Source of the DNA: a virus
Taxonomy: Duplodnaviria; Caudoviricetes
IMG/VR virus record: IMGVR_UViG_3300029288_000071
Span: 96,001 to 160,000 of that record
Reading direction: 5' to 3' (one strand)
DNA: 64,000 bases
Shown here piece after piece: positions 10,079-20,439 of the stretch; within the stretch, counting starts at the first letter, position 1; the number at the start of each line of letters is the position of its first letter. The position numbers and the translations under genes were made by a program. A model generated the notes under the pieces. It saw only the letters and a list, made by a program, of their open reading frames with translations, ran no database searches and was not told the origin of the DNA.

Positions 10079-11425
10079 TTATATTGTTGCTACAATATTT
10101 TGAATCCTGTTTGTTTCTTTTTCTAAATGCTGTTCAATTATTGTTGTATAAAACTCTACTTTGTTATCAATATGATTATTTATGTCATATTTTTCTTCTA
10201 CCCATTTTTTACCATCTTGAGCAACTTTTTTGTATTCATCAAGATGAGTAATAACATAATCAAGACATTGTTTCCATTTTTCTGGATTTTCTTGATCAAT
10301 TGCTAAACTTTTTGCAGCTTCTGTTTTAAGAGATTTACCTCCTGGAGCTGCTAGGGGCATCATCTCAAACATATCATGATAACCACCAATATTTGTCCAA
10401 AGAGGAATTACTCCATATTTAAAATACTCTACAACTTTAATTTCAGATTTACATTGATTAAAAGTATTATTTTCTAAATAAGCTAATCCTATGTCAAGAT
10501 CTTTATAGAACTTTCCATATTTTTCTAATTCAACTGCATTATAAAATTCTACTCTTGTTTGATCAAAATCTTTGAATAAATTTTTAACTCTCCATCTATA
10601 AGTTCGTTGTTCATCAGTAATTTCTTTTTCAGAAAATGTTTTATTTCCTTTAGCATCTACATTAATTGTAACTTCAGTATCTTTTATAGCCATACCACTG
10701 AGTATAAAATGAGTATTTGGGAATTTATCATGTGCATATTTCAAAATAGGAACCATCTTTTTAATATCTTCAAAATGACTTGTTAGTCCAACCCATCCAA
10801 TTACAATCTTTCCATTATATTTTTCATCTCTTTTTAAGCTCCATTGGGGTTGTGACCAATCAAACATATTTCTTACAATAGATACATTTTTATTGAAATT
10901 TCTGAATGTTTGTTGTAATTTTCTACCAGTTGTAGTAATATAATCAGATTCTTTAAGAGATCTAACTGACATTTTGTCCTTACCAGCACTTAACCACATT
11001 TCTCTCATTGGATGTCTTAAAGGTAAATTGAACTCATTATCATCTACATCATGAAGAATGAGAGCTCTCTTTTTTGTTTTAGGCCATACTTTATAAATAT
11101 TATGTAACCAATCATGTAAATGACCTGCTCTATGTACTATTATTAAATCAGCTAACTCTAAATGTTTTGCATTTAAATTATTATCTGCATAAATCAAATT
11201 AAACTTTTCAGGATATTTTCTTGCTATTGCATACATTGGTTCTTCTATTCTAAAATAAGAAGTTCCAGTTCTGCTTGGTGTACTAAAAACTATTGTTCTT
11301 CTTGAAAAATCATATCTATCAGGATTCATAAAAAACTTTCTCAACTTGTCAGTATTTTCAGGTGTTTCATCATGTGTAACTAATATATCTGCTATCTCTT
11401 TTGGATAGTTTTCGTGAACTGACAT
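10079..11425 (-). CDS. GT-B glycosyltransferase
   Basis: YFRIEEP, HDVDDN, IGWVG..SH..D, DIGLAYL..NTFNQCKSEIKVVEY pattern of GT4-like enzymes. Confidence 0.85.
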   Translation of the reverse strand: MSVHENYPKEIADILVTHDETPENTDKLRKFFMNPDRYDFSRRTIVFSTPSRTGTSYFRIEEPMYAIARKYPEKFNLIYADNNLNAKHLELADLIIVHRAGHLHDWLHNIYKVWPKTKKRALILHDVDDNEFNLPLRHPMREMWLSAGKDKMSVRSLKESDYITTTGRKLQQTFRNFNKNVSIVRNMFDWSQPQWSLKRDEKYNGKIVIGWVGLTSHFEDIKKMVPILKYAHDKFPNTHFILSGMAIKDTEVTINVDAKGNKTFSEKEITDEQRTYRWRVKNLFKDFDQTRVEFYNAVELEKYGKFYKDLDIGLAYLENNTFNQCKSEIKVVEYFKYGVIPLWTNIGGYHDMFEMMPLAAPGGKSLKTEAAKSLAIDQENPEKWKQCLDYVITHLDEYKKVAQDGKKWVEEKYDINNHIDNKVEFYTTIIEQHLEKETNRIQNIVATI

Positions 11426-11455
11426 CTAAAAAATCCTTTATATTATGTGTGAGAT

Positions 11456-12151
11456 TTATGCTTTCCAATCATCTGGAATTATTCTATCTATTTTACTTAT
11501 AACATCATTATGGCAATTAACCCAATCACCATCTATCCAGAAATCTCCATTTAGAACATTATTTTTAAAATTAGCATCCATTGGAACTTCTTTTAATCCT
11601 GCAGATTTTAATCTTTCTACAACTGAATTTATTTTGCCTTTTTTGATTGGTATAGCGCTTCGAGTTCGAGCACTTTTTCTGTCTTCATTCAATTCATGTT
11701 TTTCTAATGACTTATCATCAGAAGAGGGTGATTTTGGAAGTTCATATGTATTTGTTACTTTATATAATCCCATATGACCTGTTGTATAGTTTGAAACTGC
11801 ATCTATTACAGATGATTTTTCTTTTTCAATTGATAAAGTTTTTCCAGTAGCTTCTTTATACAATTGTTTGAGTTGTTTAACTACATCTGCAAGAGTATAT
11901 CTCAAATCATCAAGTACTTTTTCTTGTTCGAGATGTGATGTAGTAAGTGCTGTTATTATGAGATCATCACCAGAAAATTTATGTGTTACACCAGCTTTAG
12001 AAAATTTATCTAAAATATTTTCTATAACATCTATATCTGTCATTATAGTTGGTACATAGAAATTATCTCTTGGTTGACCATCATCTTCTTTTCTAGATTC
12101 AGAATAATCTGGTATATCAGTTAAATCTTTTTGTTTAATTATTTTAATCAT
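11456..12151 (-). CDS. Hypothetical protein
   Basis: 231-aa ORF. Confidence 0.55.
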   Translation of the reverse strand: MIKIIKQKDLTDIPDYSESRKEDDGQPRDNFYVPTIMTDIDVIENILDKFSKAGVTHKFSGDDLIITALTTSHLEQEKVLDDLRYTLADVVKQLKQLYKEATGKTLSIEKEKSSVIDAVSNYTTGHMGLYKVTNTYELPKSPSSDDKSLEKHELNEDRKSARTRSAIPIKKGKINSVVERLKSAGLKEVPMDANFKNNVLNGDFWIDGDWVNCHNDVISKIDRIIPDDWKA

Positions 12152-12407
12152 GTATGTTTCCTATTTTATGTTTTTCTTCCCATTTACGAAGAATAGCATC
12201 ATTTTTTGGATCTTGAATAAATTCAAAACAAGTTGAACACATACCAAATTGCTCATTACAATGATAGTCACAAAGCATTATTTCTAGAATATCATCATGT
12301 ACTTGCGAACACAAAACAAGGGAAGTAGCTTGAGATTCATCCACTTCCCTTAATTCAACACACTTATCACATTTCTTAATGTTTTGTTCTGTGTTATTTT
12401 TTTCCAT
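12144..12407 (-). CDS. Cys-rich hypothetical protein
   Basis: CDKC, CDYHC and CSTC pairs. Confidence 0.5.
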   Translation of the reverse strand: MEKNNTEQNIKKCDKCVELREVDESQATSLVLCSQVHDDILEIMLCDYHCNEQFGMCSTCFEFIQDPKNDAILRKWEEKHKIGNIHD

Positions 12408-12621
12408 TATGTTCTAGATAATCCGTGACGAAGCGCGGATCGGCTATAAAGCTCTTCACATTATCCAGACGTTCATCACAAATACCCAAAACTTTCATGT
12501 GTTGTAAAATATCAACTTTCTTTGTTGATCCGCAATATGAACAAATATTAAGTTTAAAAAAATCTGAATTACTTCCTGTACATTGAGGACAGGCAATCAT
12601 TAATTTACGTTTCATTGTCAA
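12394..12621 (-). CDS. Small zinc-finger protein
   Basis: CPQCTG and CSYCGS. Confidence 0.5.
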   Translation of the reverse strand: MTMKRKLMIACPQCTGSNSDFFKLNICSYCGSTKKVDILQHMKVLGICDERLDNVKSFIADPRFVTDYLEHNGKK

Positions 12622-12655
12622 GCTTTCTTGTTAAGTTTTCAAGTTTAATTCTATA

Positions 12656-12665
12656 ATAAATATAA
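12656..12665 (-). promoter_or_regulatory. Putative phage promoter motif TTATATTTAT
   Basis: The same 10-mer occurs in four intergenic gaps (12656, 26852, 28062, 54862). Confidence 0.4.
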
Positions 12666-12678
12666 TAGAACAATTTAA

Positions 12679-13437
12679 TTAAAATACAAAATAATGTACT
12701 CCGAACATCAAATTATCTTGCCATTTATCTGCAGAGTTATTAATTTTATAGTTAATGTTGAACCAATATTGTTGATAAAACCGAGTTGTTATACCTACAT
12801 AAAAATCTTTAATTGCTAAAGTTTGAAGATTAATTCCAAAGTTTTTTGGAAGTTGTTCTGGTTTATATTTTTGTAGTCTCATAAAAGTTGCTTCATCTAA
12901 AGTAGATATTCCTTTTAACTTTACACCTTCAGTAAGACTAGTAGTTCTATACATCCATTTTTGTGTTATTTCATCTTCATATAGTTCTGCTTTTATTTCA
13001 ATTGGATCAAATTCCATTCCCAGAGACCATCTATTACTTTTTGCTTTTAAGTCATATTCAGTCCAACCTGCATATCTAACAAAAGATTTAGAACCATCAA
13101 ATTCAACTGTAATTATTGAATCTCGAATTGTAACATGTCCTTCTCCTATAGCTTTTATACTATCTATCAATATTTCAGTATTCGATTTTAAAGCTATATT
13201 CTCGTTTTTGAGTTTAGTATTTTCATCATTTAAATTTGCTACAAAAGATGTCAAAGTAGTTACTTTTCCTGCTAAAATATTTACAGAATCTTTATAAGCT
13301 TGCTCATTTTGAGTTTTTACATCATTATCAAATTGTAATCTTTGATTTTCTTGATATAAATGATAAACCCATGCACCAAATGCAAATAAAGCTATTACTA
13401 CAATAGCTATTAAATATGTTTTAATTGAACTAATCAT
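12679..13437 (-). CDS. Membrane-anchored coiled-coil protein (spanin-like candidate)
   Basis: N-terminal TM helix, coiled coil, and C-terminal amphipathic beta strands ending in Phe (GVHYFVF). Confidence 0.5.
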   Translation of the reverse strand: MISSIKTYLIAIVVIALFAFGAWVYHLYQENQRLQFDNDVKTQNEQAYKDSVNILAGKVTTLTSFVANLNDENTKLKNENIALKSNTEILIDSIKAIGEGHVTIRDSIITVEFDGSKSFVRYAGWTEYDLKAKSNRWSLGMEFDPIEIKAELYEDEITQKWMYRTTSLTEGVKLKGISTLDEATFMRLQKYKPEQLPKNFGINLQTLAIKDFYVGITTRFYQQYWFNINYKINNSADKWQDNLMFGVHYFVF

Positions 13438-13447
13438 AACTATTTCC

Positions 13448-15388
13448 TTACTTTAAAAATTCATTAAGTTGTTCATCATAACAGTGAATCAATTTATTCT
13501 CAATTGCTACTTTATTTAATTCTAAACTATGTTCTTTACAAATTCTTATATAGTCTTCAATTTCAATTTTATTGTTTTCTTTACACCATTTAATTAATTG
13601 TTTTATGAGCTTAAGATGATTATTGATTATATCTTTAGCTCTTTCTTTTTGTTCTTGAAGCATAACTTCAATTAATTTATTTGTAGAATCAATGTCATAA
13701 TTCCAAGCTCCTGCATCATTTGGAGTTTTAGTCGTTATTCTAGATAAATTACCGTCCATTCCTAATCTGCGAATAAAAGATGAAGCATATTCAGTAGCTT
13801 GAGCTAAATCTTGTATGCTTCCAGCAGATCTATAATTATCTCCAAAAATTGTTTCTTCTAAGATTTGCCCTGCTAAACATATACAAATATCATTTTTCAT
13901 ATATATTTTATTTGAAACTCTATCATGAAAAGCAGTAAATCCATTATTTGTTATACGTGTAGAATTTATGTTTATTTGAGTTGGAGCACATTTATATAAA
14001 ACACTATAAACAATGCTGTGCCCTAATTCATGTACTGCAACTAATATTTTTTCATCTATAGATTTTTTCTTTTTGATAGATTCAATATCAAGTTTTATAG
14101 TTCTTTTTAAATCTCCACAAATTAGCTTATCATATTCATGATCAATAACTATAGATTGTAAATCGTCTTTCATTGAATAAAATAAGAAATATGGTAGATT
14201 ATTCTCTAATATTTGAGAAATTGTAGATAATACAGGTCGTACTCCTTGAGTTGGAAACACTCCATTTTTATAGATTAAATCGTAAATAGCATCTGTAAAA
14301 CTTATATCAATTTTAGTATTTTCTTTTACTCTTTTTGAAATTTCAAAACAATGATTTTTGATGATTGTTTGATAACTAGATTTGCTTAAAGTAGGATAAA
14401 TAATATGTGTATTTCCGAATCTAGAAATCTGTTCTGGCTTAAATTGTTTCATTAAAGATTTTTTAATTTCTACTATGTTAATTTTTTTAGAAAATTCATG
14501 ATATATGTCAGCATCCATTTCAACATCTTCTACTTCACCACTCATACTGAATGCTTCATCTAAATTTCCTGATATGAAAATTAACATTTTCTGATAATTA
14601 TCACCTTCATAAGTTTCATTTTTGTCGAAACTTCTTTGAAGCAAATCTAACCTTTCATCTGGAGATAGTTGCATTATTTCTTCAATTGTTAAATTAGACT
14701 TTAACAATCTCTTAAATTGTTTTGCTTTATAATAATATGTCTGATATTTGAACTGAGGTTTTTCTTTTGGTACTTCTGAATCTTCTATTTTTTCTATATC
14801 ATTGCTATTTAAAGCTTTAGATTTTCTTTTTCTTTTTTTAGGAATAGGATCATTATTTTTATGCCATAATGTGTATTCTTTGTCATAAAGTTCTTCCATT
14901 ATTAAAGAAAATATTTCTCTTCTATTGCTAGAATTTGATTGAAATTTTCCATCAGAAAGAAGCATCCAAATGTCATTAAAATATTCATTATCTCTGATCA
15001 TGTTTCCTTCTTCATCAATAGTTCTAAATCTTTGCATTTCATCTAGCAATAAAATACAAGGCTCTTTAGAATCTACATTTGTATTTTCAATGACATCTTG
15101 AATCTTTTTAACGTGTTCTTCTTTCATGTCAAGTTGAATTTCAATGAATTTATCATTAAATTCTAAAAATTTAACAAGCTTTCTAACTAAATCAGTTTTC
15201 CCCACTCCTGTTGTACCCCATAAAGAAATTATCATAGGTCTAGATTGTAATTCAGGCATGACATACCATATTTGAATGTTATTGACAATTTCATCTATGA
15301 TATTGTCTAAACCTACAAATTCATGTTTTAGAAAAACTTTAAGTTCTTCTAATTTTTCAAGCTTTTTTTGATAATTTTCATTTATCAT
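13448..15388 (-). CDS. Soluble AAA+ ATPase fused to M41 (FtsH-type) zinc peptidase
   Basis: Walker A GTTGVGKT, Walker B LLLDE, HELGH zinc motif, LAGQILEE, GSIQDLAQAT; no TM segment. Confidence 0.85.
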   Translation of the reverse strand: MINENYQKKLEKLEELKVFLKHEFVGLDNIIDEIVNNIQIWYVMPELQSRPMIISLWGTTGVGKTDLVRKLVKFLEFNDKFIEIQLDMKEEHVKKIQDVIENTNVDSKEPCILLLDEMQRFRTIDEEGNMIRDNEYFNDIWMLLSDGKFQSNSSNRREIFSLIMEELYDKEYTLWHKNNDPIPKKRKRKSKALNSNDIEKIEDSEVPKEKPQFKYQTYYYKAKQFKRLLKSNLTIEEIMQLSPDERLDLLQRSFDKNETYEGDNYQKMLIFISGNLDEAFSMSGEVEDVEMDADIYHEFSKKINIVEIKKSLMKQFKPEQISRFGNTHIIYPTLSKSSYQTIIKNHCFEISKRVKENTKIDISFTDAIYDLIYKNGVFPTQGVRPVLSTISQILENNLPYFLFYSMKDDLQSIVIDHEYDKLICGDLKRTIKLDIESIKKKKSIDEKILVAVHELGHSIVYSVLYKCAPTQININSTRITNNGFTAFHDRVSNKIYMKNDICICLAGQILEETIFGDNYRSAGSIQDLAQATEYASSFIRRLGMDGNLSRITTKTPNDAGAWNYDIDSTNKLIEVMLQEQKERAKDIINNHLKLIKQLIKWCKENNKIEIEDYIRICKEHSLELNKVAIENKLIHCYDEQLNEFLK

Positions 15389-15400
15389 TTTAATTCCTTT

Positions 15401-18400
15401 TTAAAATTGAATTTGTGAATTACCAGATGTTGTATCAATAGTAATTGTTTGATCTACAAAATCTTGTATTTCAGATACATGAGAGATTAATATTACATGT
15501 TCAAACAATATCTTCAATTGATTGATAAACTTATCAATTGAAGATATCCAATCTTTATCTAAAGTACCAAAAGATTCATCAATCATGAAAACATTACAAT
15601 GAGGGATATTTGATATTGAAGCTAGTGCAGCTCTAATTGCAATAGCTGAAATAGTTTTTTCCATTCCAGAACCTAATTCAATTGGATTTGAAGTACCATT
15701 TTCATAGATAATAGAGATTGGAATACTTTTCTTATCGTAATCTAAGCTAAATTTAATACTAAATGGGATATAATCACCAACAATTTTATGAATTTCATCA
15801 TTAATGATATCAATATAGGAAGAAACAATCATGTAAGGTAAGCCTTCTCTATGAACACATCTTTGATACAATTTGTAGTCATTACTATCTAATTCTAATT
15901 GATTCATTGTTTTGAGATCAGTTTCAGATTTAATTATATTGTTTTCTAATTCTGAAATTCTCTTGTTATGAGCTACAATGTTATAATCTACAGTATTTAC
16001 TATTTTATTTAAATTTATAATTTCAATCTCTTTTTCAGCAATGAGTTCAGAAATTTGAGCATTAGATTCTTTGATTTGTTTAATAGATTCTATAGTTTGT
16101 GCTTCTTTATTTTGTTCATCAAGAATAGCTTGAGCTTTATCTATTTGTAAAGCTAATTTTTCAATATTTAAGCTTCTAATTTTAATTTGATTTTCTAATC
16201 TCTGAATTTCTAAAATTTGATCTTTTATAATTTCTAATTCTTTATCTACATTACTGATAGGTATTATATCTAATTCAATTTTAGATTTTTTAACAATTAG
16301 CTTATTTTGTTCATTTTCAATTCTTTTCAATTCTTTTTTAAGTTTATCTGCTTCTTGAAAAAATTCACATGATTGACATGTATCAGTAGTTTCTGTCCAA
16401 GGTTGTCTCTCTAAAATTTCAACTCTAGATTTATCTTTTTTTAGTCCTAAATTAGAAACTCGAATATCAGATTCTACTTGTCGTAAATCGGTTGTTAATC
16501 TTTCTTTTTCTTTTAATTTTACTTGAAGCTCAGTTACTTTATTAGAAAGATTTAGTAATTTCATTCTTTCAATTTTTTTAGATTCTTCTTCTAATAGTTT
16601 TTCTTCACTTTGTTTTTGAACAATTAGTCCTGTATGTAAAGTTTCAATTTTTTCTTTATCAAAATTTGCAACTGCAATATCTTCTACTTCTTGAATCATT
16701 GTTTTAAGAACTGCATGTTGTATTTTGACTTGATCTAATTGAGTTATTGAATATTGTTTATCTTCTTCTAAATCAATTAAAGAATCATTAAGTTTTTCAA
16801 TTTCATCATGGTAATTTTTGATAAAAGTTGCATAGTCAATTTGTTTGAATTGTTTAAGCAATGTATCAAATTCATTTGTTAATCTATGAGCTTCATCATA
16901 TTGAAGTTTAAAAATATTAAGACCTAGAAATTTAGAAAGTAATTCAAGTCTAAAAGTTTCATCAAATCCAGATTCAAGAAAATAAGAAATCTTTCCTTGT
17001 GATGAAATATTAGAAACTACTATTTCATCAAAATTACCAATCAATTTTCTTATAATTTTATCTGTATCAGTTCTTGAATCTCCTGTTGCACTAGTCCATT
17101 TTTCATCTATATATTTTTCTAAAGTAACTTTTGTAGATGTACCATCACCAACTCTTTTTGAACTTCTAGTTATTTTATACAATACTCCATTTACTTCGAT
17201 AGTAATAAATGCTTTACAAGTATCAGCTTTATTGTTAATAATTTTTGTAATTTTTGACATTCTTGCAGATTTATTGAAAAGAACATAAAGAAATGTATCA
17301 ATAAAATTTGATTTACCACTTCTGTTTGGAGCAAATAAACCAGTAACTCCCTTAAGATTTTTGAAGTTTAAATGATTATTTTCTCCATAAGAAAAAGTAA
17401 AATCCCAATCAATTTCATGAACTTTCCAGAAATTAGGTTGCATAATTTCTTCATTTGAAATAGAATTGCGGATTTTATTATTAATTTTAAGAATGCGCTC
17501 TATTGTAATTGAATCAGTTTTGTCTAAAAATTTTGTAATTAAATCATTTTGAACAGTAATATCAGCAGTTGACTTGATTTTTTGAAATTGAAAAGCAGAT
17601 TCTTTTTTAGTTTGTTCATAATCTCTCTTAACTTCGAGAGCAATTGGATTATATTTTTGCCTTAATTCAAGTTCAATTTGTTTAATTTCAGAAACAGTAT
17701 ATGTAAAATTAGATAAAGTAAGACGGATAGAAGAATTTTTTGCAGGATTGTCAATAATAGGCATATTCTGCTTATCTACTTTGTAAGCAACTTTTAAATT
17801 ATAAAAAGCATTATCATTAGGAATTTGAACAAATTTTGGTTTTGAAGATAAACTATCTGTATTCCAAAGCAAATATCCTTTTTGTAGTCCTTCTGAATAA
17901 TCTTGCTGAATAAGAGATCCACAATACCAAACATTCATTTTTCCTATTTGTTGTAATCTATGAATATCACCTAAAAATGCTGCATCATAATTTTTAAACA
18001 TAATAGATGCATCATATCCAGTATCTTTAAATGTAAAGTTTGTTTCAGAAACTGAACCTGAGATATTCCCATGAAATAAAGCTATAAATTTTCCTTTTTT
18101 AGTATTGAATGTAGGTTTTGAAGTAACAACATCCATTATATCATAATTTATCGGAAAATTTGGTTCATCTAAACATGAAAAAACTCCATAAACTACATCA
18201 TCAGAAATAGGATATAATCCTGATTGATCATATACAATAATTTGATACTTTGAATCAGTGATATTATTAACTATTGGTGTTATAGAATCTAATCTTTCAT
18301 TATTTTTGAGATTTACATCATGATTTCCAATGATTACATCAAGAGGAGCAATATTAGCTAAATTTCTAAAAAAATCAGAACCTAAATCTACTGCTTCAGG

Positions 18401-18559
18401 AGATAGAATACTCTTACTATGAAAAATATCTCCCACTAAAACAATTCTATCTACTTTTTGTTCTTTTAATGATTGATATAGTTTTTCAAAAATTATTCTA
18501 TATTCTTCATGTCTCTTATATAGCAAAATATGAATATCTGCTAAATGTGCTATTATCAT
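15401..18559 (-). CDS. Fused Mre11/SbcD nuclease - Rad50/SbcC ATPase (gp47-gp46 fusion)
   Basis: DIH, GDIFH, GNHD, FHG and GDIH phosphoesterase motifs, then APNRSGKS Walker A, coiled coil with CQSC hook, GSGME signature, IDESFGTLD, LISH. Confidence 0.93.
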   Translation of the reverse strand: MIIAHLADIHILLYKRHEEYRIIFEKLYQSLKEQKVDRIVLVGDIFHSKSILSPEAVDLGSDFFRNLANIAPLDVIIGNHDVNLKNNERLDSITPIVNNITDSKYQIIVYDQSGLYPISDDVVYGVFSCLDEPNFPINYDIMDVVTSKPTFNTKKGKFIALFHGNISGSVSETNFTFKDTGYDASIMFKNYDAAFLGDIHRLQQIGKMNVWYCGSLIQQDYSEGLQKGYLLWNTDSLSSKPKFVQIPNDNAFYNLKVAYKVDKQNMPIIDNPAKNSSIRLTLSNFTYTVSEIKQIELELRQKYNPIALEVKRDYEQTKKESAFQFQKIKSTADITVQNDLITKFLDKTDSITIERILKINNKIRNSISNEEIMQPNFWKVHEIDWDFTFSYGENNHLNFKNLKGVTGLFAPNRSGKSNFIDTFLYVLFNKSARMSKITKIINNKADTCKAFITIEVNGVLYKITRSSKRVGDGTSTKVTLEKYIDEKWTSATGDSRTDTDKIIRKLIGNFDEIVVSNISSQGKISYFLESGFDETFRLELLSKFLGLNIFKLQYDEAHRLTNEFDTLLKQFKQIDYATFIKNYHDEIEKLNDSLIDLEEDKQYSITQLDQVKIQHAVLKTMIQEVEDIAVANFDKEKIETLHTGLIVQKQSEEKLLEEESKKIERMKLLNLSNKVTELQVKLKEKERLTTDLRQVESDIRVSNLGLKKDKSRVEILERQPWTETTDTCQSCEFFQEADKLKKELKRIENEQNKLIVKKSKIELDIIPISNVDKELEIIKDQILEIQRLENQIKIRSLNIEKLALQIDKAQAILDEQNKEAQTIESIKQIKESNAQISELIAEKEIEIINLNKIVNTVDYNIVAHNKRISELENNIIKSETDLKTMNQLELDSNDYKLYQRCVHREGLPYMIVSSYIDIINDEIHKIVGDYIPFSIKFSLDYDKKSIPISIIYENGTSNPIELGSGMEKTISAIAIRAALASISNIPHCNVFMIDESFGTLDKDWISSIDKFINQLKILFEHVILISHVSEIQDFVDQTITIDTTSGNSQIQF

Positions 18560-18981
18560 TTATATCCCATTCTTTCCATTATTTTTGATAATTTTTCTTT
18601 CATTTCTTTTTGACTCATTATATCTGCATCTAATAATTGTTTAAATATTTCTTCAAAAACTTCAGTTACTATTTCTTCTTTTAATTCAGCTTTAATTTCA
18701 GCTTTAATATTACGTTTAAAAAATTCTTCTTCATGTACATTAGGATGATTTAAACCAGTAGGTCCAGTAGATATACCATAAGTAGATGCACCAATATTTG
18801 AAGAAAAAGATTGTATCCCACTTGTTGAAGGAGGAAGTAGCACATTTGGTACATTAGCACAAGAACTGCTATATGATATTAATGAATTTGATTTACCGTA
18901 TGAATTGATATATGATTTTAAGTCATCAAGCTCTTCTGATTCTTTTTCTTTAATATTAAATAATTTTTTAAATATATTCAT
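18556..18981 (-). CDS. Tagged mini-protein with a capsid-like helix (tag variant IMERMGY)
   Basis: KAEIKAELKEEIVTEVFEEIF aligns with the MCP-like helix of 43652..44050; GPTGL; ends KIMERMGYK. Confidence 0.55.
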   Translation of the reverse strand: MNIFKKLFNIKEKESEELDDLKSYINSYGKSNSLISYSSSCANVPNVLLPPSTSGIQSFSSNIGASTYGISTGPTGLNHPNVHEEEFFKRNIKAEIKAELKEEIVTEVFEEIFKQLLDADIMSQKEMKEKLSKIMERMGYK

Positions 18982-19919
18982 TCTAATATCCTCCTTAGAA
19001 CATCAGATTGCGTAAATCTCTTTCTATTCTTAAGCGCTTGAAAAAATTCTTTTTGAGTTAATTCTCCGGGATCTTTTTTATTGTATTCAATGATAAAAGT
19101 ATTTATTCCCCAATCAGTCAATAGCTTTCCTGCAGTAATAGTTCCTTGTTGACCTGGTTTATCATTATCTAACATTAAATAAACATTTGGTTTATAATTC
19201 ATGATCTTTTTGAATAGCTCACTGTCACTTGCTAAAGCTGATCCCAAAAGAGGTATAGAATTTTGTTTAATATTTATTGCATCAAAAGGACCTTCTACTA
19301 AAATTATAGGTCTATCCCATGTAATGAATAATTCATTGAAAATTATATCTTTTTTTGTAGTTTGAGTATGAACATATTTCATAATATCAGGAGAATTATA
19401 AATTGATCTTGCAACAAAAAAATCAACTCTACCTTTTGAATTATAGCTAGGAACAATTACTCTATCTCTGTATTTTCCTTCTTCACAATAATGAATATTA
19501 AAAGTTCTAATAGTTCTATAGTTTATACCTCTAGAATTAAGAAATGCTATTGATTTTTGTGCTATAACAGAAGGAATACAATTTCTTAATATTTGTGCAC
19601 CCAAAGGAAGTTTAATAGTTTCTTTAAATACAACTTCATTTTTATCTGCAAGTAAACTTCTTAAATCAGTTTCAAATTCAACACCAGATTCTAATCTATT
19701 CCATTCTTTCCAAGCAGCTTCTCCAGCATAAGATCTAATTAATTTTGATACATACCCACCATAATTGCAAATCCAACAATGAAATAGCTTTTTTTCTAAA
19801 CTAATTACAAGCTTTCTTTTATGATGTTGGCACTGAGGACAGAAAATAGTAAATTCTTTTGAATTTGATACATTATCTGGGAATATTTTGTGAAGTAGTT
19901 CAATTTGTTGTTGATTCAT
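18978..19919 (-). CDS. DNA primase (DnaG/gp61-like)
   Basis: CPQC..HCWIC zinc finger; TOPRIM LVEGPFDA and LDNDKPG. Confidence 0.92.
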   Translation of the reverse strand: MNQQQIELLHKIFPDNVSNSKEFTIFCPQCQHHKRKLVISLEKKLFHCWICNYGGYVSKLIRSYAGEAAWKEWNRLESGVEFETDLRSLLADKNEVVFKETIKLPLGAQILRNCIPSVIAQKSIAFLNSRGINYRTIRTFNIHYCEEGKYRDRVIVPSYNSKGRVDFFVARSIYNSPDIMKYVHTQTTKKDIIFNELFITWDRPIILVEGPFDAINIKQNSIPLLGSALASDSELFKKIMNYKPNVYLMLDNDKPGQQGTITAGKLLTDWGINTFIIEYNKKDPGELTQKEFFQALKNRKRFTQSDVLRRILE

Positions 19920-20439
19920 TTTTCACGCCATATAGGGCAATGATATACGAGTCCGCCATATCATAACATTCAGGAATTATTTTTCCTTTATTTCTACCTT
20001 TATTTTTTAAGGGCCAAGTGAAGAGCTTACAATTAGAATTTATCCACTTGAAAACTTCTTCTTTTGCATTTACTCCTTTAGGATAACGACCTATTCCTAT
20101 AATTGATTTTCTAGCAGATGATGCCATTATTTCTATAGGAAAAGTATTAAATTTTTTACATAGTGTAAATAAAAAAGCACCATTAAAACGCAATATTGTG
20201 CTAAGTACTTGTGCAGAAGATAATCCTTTACTAAACATCATGTTAGGTTGTTCAGCATAAATTTTATCAACTGTAAAGTCTTTAAGTTTTTTATCGAATT
20301 GTTCAATTGCAGAGTTAAGTTTTTCAAATAAAGTATCACCAACTGGTTTAATATAATCAATTAAAATTAAGTTTTTGTTTTCATCTAAAATAGTTAAGCC
20401 TACAGTAGAAGTACTTATGTCAAGCCCTAAAATATTCAA
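19900..20439 (-). CDS. RuvC-like Holliday junction resolvase
   Basis: ILGLDISTSTVG, IYAEQP, YDMADSY. Confidence 0.85.
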   Translation of the reverse strand: MNILGLDISTSTVGLTILDENKNLILIDYIKPVGDTLFEKLNSAIEQFDKKLKDFTVDKIYAEQPNMMFSKGLSSAQVLSTILRFNGAFLFTLCKKFNTFPIEIMASSARKSIIGIGRYPKGVNAKEEVFKWINSNCKLFTWPLKNKGRNKGKIIPECYDMADSYIIALYGVKNESTTN

